This document shows, piece after piece, positions 29,961 to 40,760 of a DNA stretch of 64,000 nucleotides. The position numbers were made by a program, and so were the translations under genes. The stretch comes from Candidatus Bathyarchaeota archaeon (GTDB lineage Archaea > Thermoproteota > Bathyarchaeia > Bathyarchaeales > Bathycorpusculaceae). How positions within the stretch are numbered: the stretch's first letter is position 1; every line of letters begins with the position of its first letter. The notes below the pieces were generated by a model. The model ran no database searches. It was not told where the DNA came from and was given only the letters and a program-made list of their open reading frames with translations. The stretch lies in contig CAWFFH010000006.1 of the NCBI GenBank assembly GCA_963815095.1, forward strand, positions 32,001 through 96,000. Direction: 5' to 3'.

Positions 29961-31172
29961 GTGAAAGTTTTGGTAAACAGCAATCAGACGACCGGCGGCG
30001 TTCCTGTCAGCCGCTCAGCTTTGGCAGTGTTGTTCTCGGTTGTATTCCTTGACAACTTAGGCTTCGCAATCGTTGTACCCTACCTGTATTTTTATGTGGT
30101 TGCCCTTGGAGGCTCAGCTGTTCTGTATGGAGTGCTTTTGGCGTCGTATGCGTTGATGTCTTTTATTTTCACACCTTTTTTGGCAAGGTTTAGCGATCGT
30201 TTTGGGCGAAGAAAGATTCTGCTGTTAGGTTTGGCAATTTCTAGTTTAAGCTACTTTATCTTTGGTTCTGCACAGGTGATTTGGCTATTGTTTTTAGGCA
30301 GGATGCTTTCGGGAACCACTGCGGCTACGGTGCCAGTTGCACAAGCTTACGTTGCAGACATTACAACCCCAAACCAACGATTAAGGTACTTGGGGCTTTT
30401 AGGAGCGGCAGCGGGCGTTGCCTTCATTTTAGGTCCAGCCATCGGGGGAACCCTCAGCAGCCTTTTCGGCTATGGTGTGCCGTCTTTTTTGGCGTCGGGT
30501 TTGGCGTTCGCAAATTTGGTTTCGGCTTATTTTTTGTTGCCTGAACCAGCAAGTTTTAACATAAAGAAGACGGTTGTTTCCTTCGGTGCTCTCCTCGGCA
30601 TTCTGAGAAAGCGCAAAATCGCTCTGCTGTTGACTATTTATTTTCTGTTTTTTGTTTCATTTGTTTTTCTGCAGGCTTCTTTGTCGCCTTGGTTGGCAGC
30701 AGTTCTCGGATTCGGCGCCTTCCAAACAGGGCTGGTTTTCTTTTTAATCGGCGGAGTCAGCGTATTCACCCAAGCAGTGTTATTGCCTGTGCTGAGCAAG
30801 AAATTCAATCGCTTAACCTTAGTGTTGCTTGGAATTGCCTTCTTTGTTGTTGGGCTTTTGAGTTTAGCGATCGTTTCGAATCTTGCTGTTTTATTGGTAG
30901 TTGCTGTTGTGTTTTCGTTTGGTTTCGGAATCCAATACGTTACAATCAACACTTTAATTTCGGTAAATAGTCCAGAAAATGCTCAAGGCGGCGCGTTGGG
31001 GGTTGCTTGGGCAATTGCGGGTCTTGCGCAAACAATTACACCTGTTTTGGCTGCAATCGCATTATCCTTTGGGGTTTCAGGGGGGTTTGACGGGTTGGCG
31101 TTTGTTATTTCGGCAGTAATTTCCAGTGCAACCGTGCCGTTGCTTTTAAGTTTCAAAAAAATGTCGAATTAG
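29961..31172 (+). CDS. MFS transporter, TetA/DHA1-like
   Basis: ARFSDRFGRR motif A, AQAYVADIT and GPAIGG motif C. Confidence 0.92.
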   Translation: MKVLVNSNQTTGGVPVSRSALAVLFSVVFLDNLGFAIVVPYLYFYVVALGGSAVLYGVLLASYALMSFIFTPFLARFSDRFGRRKILLLGLAISSLSYFIFGSAQVIWLLFLGRMLSGTTAATVPVAQAYVADITTPNQRLRYLGLLGAAAGVAFILGPAIGGTLSSLFGYGVPSFLASGLAFANLVSAYFLLPEPASFNIKKTVVSFGALLGILRKRKIALLLTIYFLFFVSFVFLQASLSPWLAAVLGFGAFQTGLVFFLIGGVSVFTQAVLLPVLSKKFNRLTLVLLGIAFFVVGLLSLAIVSNLAVLLVVAVVFSFGFGIQYVTINTLISVNSPENAQGGALGVAWAIAGLAQTITPVLAAIALSFGVSGGFDGLAFVISAVISSATVPLLLSFKKMSN

Positions 31173-31376
31173 CTGATCGCCATATTTCGGTTCGGAAATA
31201 TCAAACTGAACAACCATTTCACAGTTGAATAACCAAATTAAACTTTGCAATGAATTTGATAATTATTCACTAGACTGCCACATTCAAGCTTGAGCAAATT
31301 AACGTTGGTTTGTGTTAAACCGAATTGTCCTAAAGCAATGCTTTAAAAGGAAAGCATATGTAAGCAACGGTAACAG

Positions 31377-31694
31377 GTGAAGACAATGAATAACTGGAGA
31401 ATCATCAAAAAATTCGCCGAATGGATTGGAACAGCATTCGCAATATTTACATTGATAGCAGCGATAATAAATTACGAGTTAAATTTAATGTACAATCCAG
31501 CTCCTCCTATGAGCTATTTTTTGATCAGCCTCATGACATCAATTTTGCCGTTCTTGCTTGGTGCAGTTGTTTTCTTCTTAGTGGCCGCTCTTAGTTCACA
31601 ACAAGAAAAAGCAGTTGAAAAAGAAATGGAAACAGAAAAAACATCAGCAAAATCAGTAGATACAGAGCCTAATCAAGAAGACGCCGTCAAATAG
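31377..31694 (+). CDS. Hypothetical 2-TM membrane protein
   Basis: Two hydrophobic helices plus charged tail, with upstream TATA-like and GGTGA elements. Confidence 0.65.
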   Translation: MKTMNNWRIIKKFAEWIGTAFAIFTLIAAIINYELNLMYNPAPPMSYFLISLMTSILPFLLGAVVFFLVAALSSQQEKAVEKEMETEKTSAKSVDTEPNQEDAVK

Positions 31695-31893
31695 AGCCAA
31701 ACTAAACTCTTTTTATTTATTTTTCCATTCTCAGGAAACAAAATTTCTAAAAACTATCTTTTTAAAAATAAGACTTGCAGCAAAGACAAAAAATTTTGCG
31801 AAAATCTAATATGTCAAGTTACCTCAATTTGGGTTCGGGACTAACCTGAAAAAGGCTAATAGATCACCAGCTGATTTCGCGATATTAATTTGG

Positions 31894-32184
31894 ATGAGTT
31901 TTAACGTTGTTTTCTACGTTTTGGAGCTGACCGTTTTTGGTGACATAGCAGACCTAAATAATTCAATACTGCTCATTCTGTGGATTTTGTCTATTGCAGG
32001 TTTAATCTCAGCAAGAAAGTTGGGCGCAGCAATTGCAACATTCTCACTGACTTATGCTTTTTGCTTCAACACATTCAACGTCATTTATTTCTCAATCTAC
32101 CTGCTTAACGGAACAAGTGCAATCATAAACGCAATAGCTATCACATACATGTTCCGCAGCATTTTTAAAAAAAAGTTTAATTGA
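31894..32184 (+). CDS. Hypothetical membrane protein (start uncertain)
   Basis: Hydrophobic ORF with basic C-terminus. Confidence 0.55.
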   Translation: MSFNVVFYVLELTVFGDIADLNNSILLILWILSIAGLISARKLGAAIATFSLTYAFCFNTFNVIYFSIYLLNGTSAIINAIAITYMFRSIFKKKFN

Positions 32185-32244
32185 CTCACAATTTTACAAT
32201 ATAATTTAAGTTCAATTATTGAAAATATAATCATGAATTGGCGA

Positions 32245-32300
32245 AATTTGGAAATGGCACAGAATATTAAATCTAAACCTCGTTTAGAATCTCTCGAAAA
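32245..32300 (-). repeat. Highly decayed copy of tRNA-Ser 3' end/att region
   Basis: AATTTGGAAATGGC is identical to 41471-41484. The rest aligns to 35171-35215 mostly by transitions. Confidence 0.45.
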
Positions 32301-32444
32301 AGCTTGATGTGACTGTATTATTTTGTATTCTTCCTTTCAACAAATATACTCCTGACCGGACTTACCAATTTATCGCAAAGAGTGTTAAGCACATATTGAG
32401 CTGGATTTACCAATGGGAAGCAAACGTAAATATGTAATATTTCT

Positions 32445-32471
32445 ATTACATGTAATCGTTGCTTACATGTA
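32445..32471. promoter_or_regulatory. Putative ArsR autoregulatory operator
   Basis: Perfect palindrome ATTACATGTAAT at 32445-32456 plus TTACATGTA at 32463-32471, abutting the start codon. Confidence 0.55.
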
Positions 32472-32779
32472 TGTCCAAAATAGAACTGCTGTCAACGAAA
32501 CTAAAGGCATTATCTCATCCAATGGCCTTGAAGATAGTAACCCTGTTGGCTAAGGAAGGCAAAGATATGTACCTAAATCAAATAGCCAAATGTATAGGAA
32601 TCAACAGGGCGCTAGCAAAAATACACCTAAAAAAGCTAGAACGAGGTGGAATAGTTAAAAGTAGAGTAGTTCTGGTTGAAGGAGAAGCGCTAGCCCTCAG
32701 ATACTACAAACTTGAAGACTTTAAAATCCATGTATCTCCTGAAGTACTGAAGAAGGAGGGAGAAGAATATGAAAAGTAA
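32471..32779 (+). CDS. ArsR-family winged-helix regulator
   Basis: LKALSHPMALKIV...YLNQIAKCIGINRALAKIHLKKLERGGIV. Confidence 0.85.
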   Translation: MSKIELLSTKLKALSHPMALKIVTLLAKEGKDMYLNQIAKCIGINRALAKIHLKKLERGGIVKSRVVLVEGEALALRYYKLEDFKIHVSPEVLKKEGEEYEK

Positions 32780-33059
32780 AAACCTAATAGTTCTAAGTGT
32801 CTGGTCAGCGGTTACAATAATATTTTCGTTACTTATTTCGCTAGGAGCAATTTATAGTGATAATGCTACACAATGGCTAATAACGATGTTTGATGACTGG
32901 TGGATTGTATTTTTGATAACCTTGGTCTTTACGGGTATTGTTAGTTACTTAGTCAAAGAACAGGAAGTTAACGTGCAACTCAATTTTCAAAACATTGGAA
33001 CAAAGTTAGATTCGCTCACTAAAGAAGTTGCGGAAATAAAGAAAGCAATCGAAGATTAG
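32769..33059 (+). CDS. 2-TM membrane protein with C-terminal coiled coil, coupled to the ArsR gene
   Basis: Overlaps the ArsR stop and has a GGAGG RBS. Confidence 0.7.
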   Translation: MKSKNLIVLSVWSAVTIIFSLLISLGAIYSDNATQWLITMFDDWWIVFLITLVFTGIVSYLVKEQEVNVQLNFQNIGTKLDSLTKEVAEIKKAIED

Positions 33060-33189
33060 ACTAAAAGATGTGCTTCAATTCTTGCTTTTCTCATTTTCTA
33101 ATGATAACCTTAACCGATTTTGTCCCTCTGAGGATAAGTCTCTATCTATATCGCCCTTGAACTTGTGGATGCTTTTGAGCTCTTATTAA

Positions 33190-33285
33190 GGGATGTTAAA
33201 TTTACACCAACGGTTAAATTCCACACGAAACCTATTCAGCAAGGTGAGCCAGACTAGGTTTATCTCAAAAGAGTCTGAGTCCCCA
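33190..33285 (-). repeat. Decayed att-like repeat related to 35171-35290
   Basis: GGGATGTTAAATTTACACCAACGGTTAAATTCCACACGA versus GGGATGTTAGGTTTACACCCACGTTTAAATTCCACACGA. Shared GTGAGCC.GAC...CTGAG follows in both. Confidence 0.7.
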
Positions 33286-33587
33286 GCCAAAATGCTACTT
33301 TGCCTTTGCTTTGGTAGCTTGGAGATAGATTCCAACCTCTAGAGCAGTATTTGCAAGTTGCAGTTGGAGAGTTGAGCATTTTTGGATACCTATTCCTGTC
33401 AATCAAAATTTAGATAGAGGAATTGCTAAGACTAATGCACTCGTTAAAATATCTATAATTAGATTTATGAGGATTCAATTTAAAAACTAATTAAACTATA
33501 ATAGTTAAAGCCCAATCAGACAGTGTTAGCTTAATTACGATCACATAGTCATATAAAATTAATGCCAGTTAAATTAAACTGAGTTAG

Positions 33588-34658
33588 ATGAGTGAAAAAG
33601 ACATGATTCAATGCAAGGGTTATTCTGCTCAAGACCCAAAAAGTGTTCTAAAACCGACTGAGTTTATTCGTCGCAGTCCCAGTCCTTACGACATATCAAT
33701 GGATATTCTATACTGTGGAGTTTGCCACACTGATTTGCATCAAGTACGAAATGAATGGAATGGCACTCTGTATCCCTGCATGCCAGGTCACGAGATAATT
33801 GGCCGCGTAACATCAGTAGGTAACAAAGTTACCAAATTTAACGTTGGTGACGTAAGCGGGGTAGGCTGCATGGTGGACTCGTGTCAACATTGCGAGAATT
33901 GCAACAATGGACTAGAACAATATTGCCTTAATGGCGGCCCAATTTATACATATAACAGCCCTGAAAAAGGATTTGATAGACCAACTTTCGGTGGATACTC
34001 AAACAAAATGGTAGTAACAGAAAGGTTTGTGGTGAAGATTCCAGAAAACATGGATCTCAAAGCAACGGCACCGCTGCTTTGCGCAGGAATAACCACTTTC
34101 TCACCTATGCAACACTGGAAAGTAATAGCCGGACAAAAAGTCGGTGTTGTCGGTATAGGCGGATTAGGCCACTTGGCCGTCAAAATAAGTAAAGCTAAGG
34201 GAGCAAGTGTAACTGCCTTCACCAGTTCACCCCAAAAAATGTCTGACGCAAAACGGCTTGGGGCGGAACAAGTTTTTCTGGAGACGGATGATCAAGCCAT
34301 TAAGAAGATGACAAGAACTTTTGATTTTATAATTTCAACCATTCCCCAAGCCTATGATATTAACCCTTACCTTGAGATGCTAAAAGTGAACGGTACGTTT
34401 GTTAACGTTGGCGCAATGGATCGTTTAGAACCTGGTATTAATGGATGGGCTTTAGCTTCCTCGCGTCACAGTTTAGCGGGTTCGACTATCGGCGGTATGC
34501 CTGAAACTCAAGAGGTCATCAACTTCTGCTCCGAGTGTGGCATCAAAGCGGACGTGGAGGTCATTCCGATACAGAAAATTAACGAGGCATTTGAACGCAT
34601 TAAGAGTCGTGATGTACGATATCGCTTCGTAATTGACATGTCGTCATTAACACCTTAG
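33588..34658 (+). CDS. Zn-dependent NAD(P) alcohol dehydrogenase (AdhC/YahK-like)
   Basis: CGVCHTD, GHE, structural Zn cysteines, APLLCAGIT, GIGGLG and DVRYRFVID. Confidence 0.95.
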   Translation: MSEKDMIQCKGYSAQDPKSVLKPTEFIRRSPSPYDISMDILYCGVCHTDLHQVRNEWNGTLYPCMPGHEIIGRVTSVGNKVTKFNVGDVSGVGCMVDSCQHCENCNNGLEQYCLNGGPIYTYNSPEKGFDRPTFGGYSNKMVVTERFVVKIPENMDLKATAPLLCAGITTFSPMQHWKVIAGQKVGVVGIGGLGHLAVKISKAKGASVTAFTSSPQKMSDAKRLGAEQVFLETDDQAIKKMTRTFDFIISTIPQAYDINPYLEMLKVNGTFVNVGAMDRLEPGINGWALASSRHSLAGSTIGGMPETQEVINFCSECGIKADVEVIPIQKINEAFERIKSRDVRYRFVIDMSSLTP

Positions 34659-35170
34659 AATTAGGTTTTTTTGACCGAGGTTGCTATAGAAAGACTCCTC
34701 GCTATGCTCGAAGACGAAATTATCATGCGTTGGCCCAAAATAGGGTAAGGGCGTGCTTTTAAAGCGTGATAATTAGATTCTTCAAAGTGATGAATTGTTG
34801 AAAACACTTTTTTCCTTAGAAGAGCTAATTTGTAGTGGCGGGGACAGGGTTAACCCCGGATGAGTTTGAGACCCAGGCACTCGATTGCCCATTTAAGCCT
34901 TTTTCTCCGATTTTGACCGAAGTTTAGAGCTACCGTCCCCTCATTAACGGGTTCAAAACCTTTAATGAATATTTGTTTGAATGATTTTTCAGTAAGCGCT
35001 GAGCGGGGGTGGATTCTAACGCCAATTTGCCAGTAAGAATGCATTTTGCCTGGTTCGCGTGGAATTTAAACACAAGGTCTAAAGCGGTATATGTCCAAAA
35101 CTTATGGACAAAAATTAGTCACAATGACCGAAAATAGGCTAAATATATGGCTGAATTTGAAAAATAAGCT

Positions 35171-35215
35171 TGGCGCGGGATGTTAGGTTTACACCCACGT
35201 TTAAATTCCACACGA
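35171..35215 (-). repeat. Duplicated tRNA-Ser 3' end (attR-like)
   Basis: TGGCGCGGGATGT...ACCCACG matches 41481-41509 (13-nt exact start). Confidence 0.75.
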
Positions 35216-35373
35216 GATATCAAAAGTTACAATATCTCGAACATCGACCAGAGTGAGCCGGACCGAACTTCCCCAAACGGGGCTGAGCCTCGCTTCGTCT
35301 CCTGACAAGTCTCCAACTGCAAGCAATTCCCTTTTTCTTACAAGTGTTCAGTAATAACAAACTAAGTCTAGAG

Positions 35374-35464
35374 CTGGGGATGGGCTTTTGAGTTGAAATA
35401 CGATTCCCTACCCCGCTTAGATTTCAAGGGAGAGGTTTGCATGCATATTACCGATCCTCCAGTA
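35374..35464 (+). repeat. About 90-bp intergenic repeat, copy 1 (copy 2 at 40761-40853)
   Basis: Identical 24-mer CTGGGGATGGGCTTTTGAGTTGAA, with similarity continuing to TTACCGATC.TCCAGTA. Confidence 0.8.
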
Positions 35465-35656
35465 GTAAAACTGGTTTATAAAATTGATCATCGTTCTCCA
35501 ATAGGGGTTGGATTCGAATTCTAGATCTGCAAATTTTTTGCCTAACATACCCATTGATAATCACCTGTGTAATTCATTTTATGGAAAATTCCTTTTATAA
35601 ATTGTGAACTCTCTTTGTCAAAAGAATTATTAATCAAGCAAGCGAGTAGTGTTGGC

Positions 35657-36067
35657 ATGAAGAAATCTAACGTAATAGTGATTGCAGTTATTGCGGTTGT
35701 AGTAGTGGTCTCAGTCGTCGGCGCTATGGTTTTCACTGGAATGATGAACTCTATTTTCTCGGCCAATGGCCCCCCTGAACTCAAAGAAGCTTCTGTAGCA
35801 ATCAGTGCTGGAGGAGGATACAATAGCCAGACAGGCATGTTTGATTTGCAGATCAATGCTCAAAACATGGGACAAAAAGACGCCAAGAACGTCAGAGTTG
35901 ACGTCACCTTCTTTAATGTTGACACTCAGGCAGAATTAAAGACAGAAACAATAACTATCGGCGATGTTTCAGCAGGAGGTTCTAAGGACCTCAGTACATC
36001 TGTCCAAGTTCCAGACGGCTCACCACTGGTTTCATGCAGAACTGGCACTCCTGTATGGGACGACTAA
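35657..36067 (+). CDS. Membrane-anchored Ig-like (CARDB-like) protein
   Basis: N-terminal TM, then beta-rich NMGQKDAKNVRVDV...IGDVSAGGS. Confidence 0.65.
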   Translation: MKKSNVIVIAVIAVVVVVSVVGAMVFTGMMNSIFSANGPPELKEASVAISAGGGYNSQTGMFDLQINAQNMGQKDAKNVRVDVTFFNVDTQAELKTETITIGDVSAGGSKDLSTSVQVPDGSPLVSCRTGTPVWDD

Positions 36068-36288
36068 ACAAACACTGAAATTCCTTTTTTTAATTTAGCC
36101 TCAAGAAACGATTGAACAGTTGCAAAGTCTAAAGAAAAGACGGCGGACAACATCCGTATTTGATTTGATGCACGCTTTCAGGACTAAAGAAAAGTACATA
36201 TTCGCACGGGAGTACCCGCTGGGATGCGCTTAATAAGCGGATCCTTTCTCCAACATACCCGTCGGAACCCTTACAGTTTTGCTTATAT

Positions 36289-36314
36289 TGGTGCAGGGGG
36301 TGGGATTCGAACCC
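36289..36314 (-). repeat. Orphan tRNA 3' fragment (T-arm, acceptor strand, ACCA; Leu-like)
   Basis: Reverse complement GGGTTCGAATCCCACCCCCTGCACCA. No 5' half is adjacent. Confidence 0.7.
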
Positions 36315-36433
36315 TCTGGGAATTGAAAAATCACCCGCGCAATCCCTTTTTTCTTTAGAGCCTGATTGTAATGCAGACTACTTGCCTAAGGTGACTGAGA
36401 GTTCCCTTCAATGAATCGTAAAGCCTAACAAGC

Positions 36434-38872
36434 TTAGCGTTTGAAAAGGTCCTCGGGAGTCATTAGACGTTGCAATATGATGTATGCTGCCTTTTTATCT
36501 AATGGTTCGTTCCCATTTCCACATTTAGGCGAGTATATGCATGATGGGCAACCTTCTTTGCATTCACAGGCTTCAATCAACTTTAACGTTTTTTCTAGTA
36601 GCGTTTTTATGTTTGAAAAGAGGTTTTCTGAAATACCAATTCCACCCTCAAAACCATCGTAAATAAAGACTGTTGCTTTTCCTGTGTCCATATGCACAGC
36701 TGTTGACATTCCACCTATATCCCATCGGTCACACATTGCAAACATTGGTGACATAGCAATAATGGCGTGTTCAAGAGCATGCAATCCACCCTCGAAATTC
36801 AAGCCTTTATCTTCTATTTCTTCTCTGATCAGTTCAGGAACAATAAACCACATACCTACCGTTGAGAAAGACGAAGAGGGCAAATCAAGCGTATGTTTTT
36901 TGATGATCACATCGTTGGATTTTACTACATATGAAGGATAATTTTCAGTGATTGTTAATTCGCCCAAAGCAGTTTCGAGGTCTTTTTTTGTTTCCTCCAA
37001 TGTTTTCTTGATTGATACTTCAACGGTTTTTTGGGTTTCAGTATAATAGTTGGTGCTCTCTTGGCGAACCTTAGCGGTGAAATTGTTGAGATCTAGTTCT
37101 TCTGAGCAGTAGGTTTCACCTTGATGTAGAAGAATTGCTCCTATATGGGTTTCTTCATAAGCCTTGTTTAAGGGAAGCGTTTCAAGAATACGCCCATTGC
37201 AAAGTACATTTACTGTCTTTCCGCTAATACTTTCAAGGTTAACAACTCTAGTTGCCTTTTCCAGCCCAGAGTAAGTCCAACCTTGAAAAGTTTTTTTCAG
37301 AAGACCTTTTTGTGCAAGGGCTTGAACGCTTTCTTTGAAGAGCTCTGGAAAATATTTTTGGTCAGAATCGGTAAGGGGCAGCTCGTCAGCTGCACACATA
37401 ATATGGCCTGAAGTAATTTGCCGATTGTGCAGATTAATGATCGCTTGTTCATGTGGTCTATCAAAGAAGTCTTGTGGATGCTTCATAAAATATTGATCAA
37501 GAGGGTTTTGGAAAGCAACCAAGGTTACGGTTGAATCATTTTTACTTCTACCTGCACGTCCAGCTTGTTGCCACGTAGAGATGACTGTCCCAGGATAACC
37601 CGAAATTATCACTGAATCCAAAGAACCTATGTCGATGCCGAGCTCTAATGCATTTGTTGAAACCAAACCGATTAAGTCCTTGGTTTTTAGACGATTCTCT
37701 ATGTCGCGTCGTTCTTGAGGAAGGTAACCTGCCCTGTAGGCAGTCACTGAACTATAAAGTTTAGGATTTCTTCGTTTTAGGTCTTCTTTAGTCCATCTTG
37801 TTATAAGCTCAGCCATTTGCCGTGAGGTTGTAAAGCAGAGGGTTTGCAAGTTTTTCATTACGCTCACTGTTAGAAGGTCTTTGGTTTCTTGATGGGTTGA
37901 GCGGCGGATTGTTTTTTGTGGGTTAATGAAAGGTGGATTCCAAAATACGAATGATTTTTTACCTCTTGGGGAGCCGTCGTTTGAAACTATTTCAAAATCT
38001 TTTCCAGTTAGTTTCTTTGCATGTTCTTGTGGATTAGCTATGGTTGCTGATGAGAGTATGATTTGGGGGTCCGAATGGTAAAAACTGCAGATTCTTAGCA
38101 GTCTTCGTAGAAGCATGGCTACGTTTGAGCCAAAAACGCCTCGGTAAACATGCGCTTCATCAAGTACGACGTAGCGTAAGTTTTGGAAAAAAGATCGCCA
38201 GAGATTATGCCAGGGAAGGTACAGATGCAAACCATAAGGGTTAGTTAAAATTATTCTGGAATTTTCCCGTATGAATGCCCGCTGCTCTTTTGGTGTGTCA
38301 CCATCGTACACGTTAGAATCTGCTTTAATGCCCGTACCTTTCTCGATTTCTTGTAAAACTTTGAGCTGATCATTTGTTAGAGCTTTTGAGGGATAAATGA
38401 AGAGTGCTGTTGCTTTTTTATCGTTTGTGAGGGCATCAAAAACGGGGATATTAAACGCCAAAGTTTTTCCTGAAGCCGTGGGGGTAGTAATAATTACATT
38501 TTTGCCTTGTCGTGCTTTGTTTATGGCTACTGCTTGATGGGAATAGAACTTAATTTTCTTATTCTGCAAATAAGTGCTTATATTTTCTGGAAGGGCTTTT
38601 TCAAGCTCTCCAAAACATGGGTCTTGTGCAGGAATTTCTTGAATGTGTGCAATAGAGTTTTGTGGGGTTTGCACTTTTTGCGGGATAATTTCTTTCTCTG
38701 GCAAGTTCACTGTTTTAGATTTTAACGAATTATTGATTGAGGAGGGTCTGAAATTATTTGGTTTGCTACCTCTTGTAAGAAAGGTGCCGCATTCTTTGCA
38801 GAATAAGCTCTGGGTATATTCCTGATGTGAGTGGGTTCTGCCACATTTTTTGCAATAGTATGAAATTGGCAA
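36434..38872 (-). CDS. DEAH-box helicase with DUF1998 (MrfA/Hrq1/SftH-like) and N-terminal zinc ribbon
   Basis: TASGKT, DEAH, SAT, ALELGIDIG, QQAGRAGR and CECKEGCPSC motifs. Confidence 0.93.
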   Translation of the reverse strand: MPISYYCKKCGRTHSHQEYTQSLFCKECGTFLTRGSKPNNFRPSSINNSLKSKTVNLPEKEIIPQKVQTPQNSIAHIQEIPAQDPCFGELEKALPENISTYLQNKKIKFYSHQAVAINKARQGKNVIITTPTASGKTLAFNIPVFDALTNDKKATALFIYPSKALTNDQLKVLQEIEKGTGIKADSNVYDGDTPKEQRAFIRENSRIILTNPYGLHLYLPWHNLWRSFFQNLRYVVLDEAHVYRGVFGSNVAMLLRRLLRICSFYHSDPQIILSSATIANPQEHAKKLTGKDFEIVSNDGSPRGKKSFVFWNPPFINPQKTIRRSTHQETKDLLTVSVMKNLQTLCFTTSRQMAELITRWTKEDLKRRNPKLYSSVTAYRAGYLPQERRDIENRLKTKDLIGLVSTNALELGIDIGSLDSVIISGYPGTVISTWQQAGRAGRSKNDSTVTLVAFQNPLDQYFMKHPQDFFDRPHEQAIINLHNRQITSGHIMCAADELPLTDSDQKYFPELFKESVQALAQKGLLKKTFQGWTYSGLEKATRVVNLESISGKTVNVLCNGRILETLPLNKAYEETHIGAILLHQGETYCSEELDLNNFTAKVRQESTNYYTETQKTVEVSIKKTLEETKKDLETALGELTITENYPSYVVKSNDVIIKKHTLDLPSSSFSTVGMWFIVPELIREEIEDKGLNFEGGLHALEHAIIAMSPMFAMCDRWDIGGMSTAVHMDTGKATVFIYDGFEGGIGISENLFSNIKTLLEKTLKLIEACECKEGCPSCIYSPKCGNGNEPLDKKAAYIILQRLMTPEDLFKR

Positions 38873-39141
38873 TTCTTTCTACTTTCAATTACTTATATTG
38901 TTATAAAAGCGCTATTGCCAAAATCCGCTTTTTATGCATTCAAGTACTGGAACTATGCTCCACAATAGTCCGTTCGTTTTAACGTGGTGTAGGGGGTGAT
39001 ACGAACCTTCTGAGTATAGATGTTTATGCGGTAGGTTGAGTCCAAACCCAATGGCTCCAGCGAGAGCGGAACACTTTGAACCACATACCAGTGGGGATAT
39101 CACCCGCATAATCCTTTTTTCCATACGGTGTTATGGCACGG

Positions 39142-39840
39142 TCAAATCTCAAAGCTGAAAGAAACGAAGCCGCCTTGCCTATGGGTAGAAAGCCAAAAAG
39201 TATAGTTACCAGAAGGCAAAGTGGTGTTAAAGTTAAAAAATAAAGTCTTTTCATTTCCAGGCGGTAGCTTGTAAAGGAAATTCATTGTCCAAATAGGCTG
39301 TCCCGTATTGTCTGTCTTAGTAGACTCCACCCAGTCGCTATTAATTTGTGTCACAATGGTTTGATTGTAAGCCTTAATGAATGCCGTATCAAAAGCGATT
39401 TCATAGTAGTAAGAGGATTTTGCCTCAACTGAGAATGTGAGTGGGTTAGTGCTTTCTAGTCTAAAATCGGTTATTGCCAGTTTTTCCGTTTCTTGGGATG
39501 AGAGAACAGAAGATGATAAAACAAGAGTTCCGAAAACGAGCAATGGAATTAGAACAGTAATAAGTATAGCGAAAATAGCTCTGTGCTTCTTAATAGACAG
39601 AACAATAATGCCGAGCATCCCAACCGTAATAAGTGCTGTTCCAGCTATTAGAGTGAAAAAGAAGAAAGAATTAAGCCCTGACCATTCAAGATATGAGTCG
39701 CCCAGAAATCTCTGGACTGTCAGAAGCTCAACCGACCATGTTTGCTCCCAATAGAAAACTATAAAGAAAATGGCTAAAATGACAGCGCCTAAAGCGGTTA
39801 AAGCTCCAAACAAGTACTTTGAATATTTTAAAATTAACAA
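39142..39840 (-). CDS. Hypothetical membrane protein (3 TM plus extracellular beta domain)
   Basis: Start revised to TTG 39840 because the upstream part of the track ORF overlaps tRNA-like repeat sequence. Confidence 0.6.
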   Translation of the reverse strand: MLILKYSKYLFGALTALGAVILAIFFIVFYWEQTWSVELLTVQRFLGDSYLEWSGLNSFFFFTLIAGTALITVGMLGIIVLSIKKHRAIFAILITVLIPLLVFGTLVLSSSVLSSQETEKLAITDFRLESTNPLTFSVEAKSSYYYEIAFDTAFIKAYNQTIVTQINSDWVESTKTDNTGQPIWTMNFLYKLPPGNEKTLFFNFNTTLPSGNYTFWLSTHRQGGFVSFSFEI

Positions 39841-40046
39841 TCTGTATCGTGACAGATATGATATAAGGTTTCTGAGGCACCCCCTGGCAAGTTGAGCAGC
39901 CGTGGCATCGAACCCTCTGTAAATGGAGATGTCACCCGCACCACCCCATTTTTGGCTATTCAGGGGACGCACGAGAACATTTTTTCACTTATCAAGAATG
40001 AACAAACCTAATAAATTATATATTACTATTCACTACAAGAGTTGCC

Positions 40047-40703
40047 ATGAGAAAGACAGTAATCTCACTAATCACAATAGCAGCATTGGTGCTTGTATGT
40101 GGCATCCTTCCCGCAGAAGCGCAATTGGCTCAGGAAACTACAATCAGCGTTGACATGAGGTACAGCGTCGCCGACTCACCATATATGGAGCAGTATATTA
40201 CAGCTATGCCTGGTCAAGGAATTGAAATTACTCACAGACTATATAATCCATCAAACGAATCAGAATCCACCGACATACAAGTAACCTACTCCATAGTGCA
40301 GGGACAACAAATCATAAAGCGTTTTGATGTAGGTTCACGTTTCTATCCAGAAGACAATATAGCTAATGTTCTGGGAAACAATTACTTCCCATTTCAGTAC
40401 GACCTTATTCCAAATGGCACTGGAACCATTGAGATAAGATTTTACGATAACGGCACACTGCACAACATAGATGGAACAACGCGTACTTTTAGTAACGACA
40501 TGAGCTTTTCGGATATTACAATCAACATGGAAAATCCAACAAATGTGGCCTTAAATAACATACCTTTGTTTGCGTGGGTAGGACTAATTCTTCTTTCAGC
40601 TTCAACAGTTGGTCTAAGTGTAGGACTTCTTGTTATGCGAAAAAAATGGACAAAACAAGAAGAACCCACTCAAAACAACGTTTCAATTAAGTCAGTTGAT
40701 TAA
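40047..40703 (+). CDS. Secreted, C-terminally anchored hypothetical protein
   Basis: Signal peptide (AEA) and C-terminal TM plus RKK. Confidence 0.7.
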   Translation: MRKTVISLITIAALVLVCGILPAEAQLAQETTISVDMRYSVADSPYMEQYITAMPGQGIEITHRLYNPSNESESTDIQVTYSIVQGQQIIKRFDVGSRFYPEDNIANVLGNNYFPFQYDLIPNGTGTIEIRFYDNGTLHNIDGTTRTFSNDMSFSDITINMENPTNVALNNIPLFAWVGLILLSASTVGLSVGLLVMRKKWTKQEEPTQNNVSIKSVD

Positions 40704-40760
40704 GCTGATAAGATCAGCCGTTGGGGATCCGAACCCTCTACATCCATGTCAGAATCTGTA

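Noticed and set aside
36289-36420. Complete, split or intron-containing tRNA-Leu
   Set aside because: Only the T-arm and 3' acceptor strand are present, with no matching 5' half or BHB motif nearby.
38912-39254. Short minus-strand ORFs between the helicase and membrane gene
   Set aside because: They overlap each other and have no recognisable motifs or RBS. Probably decayed sequence.
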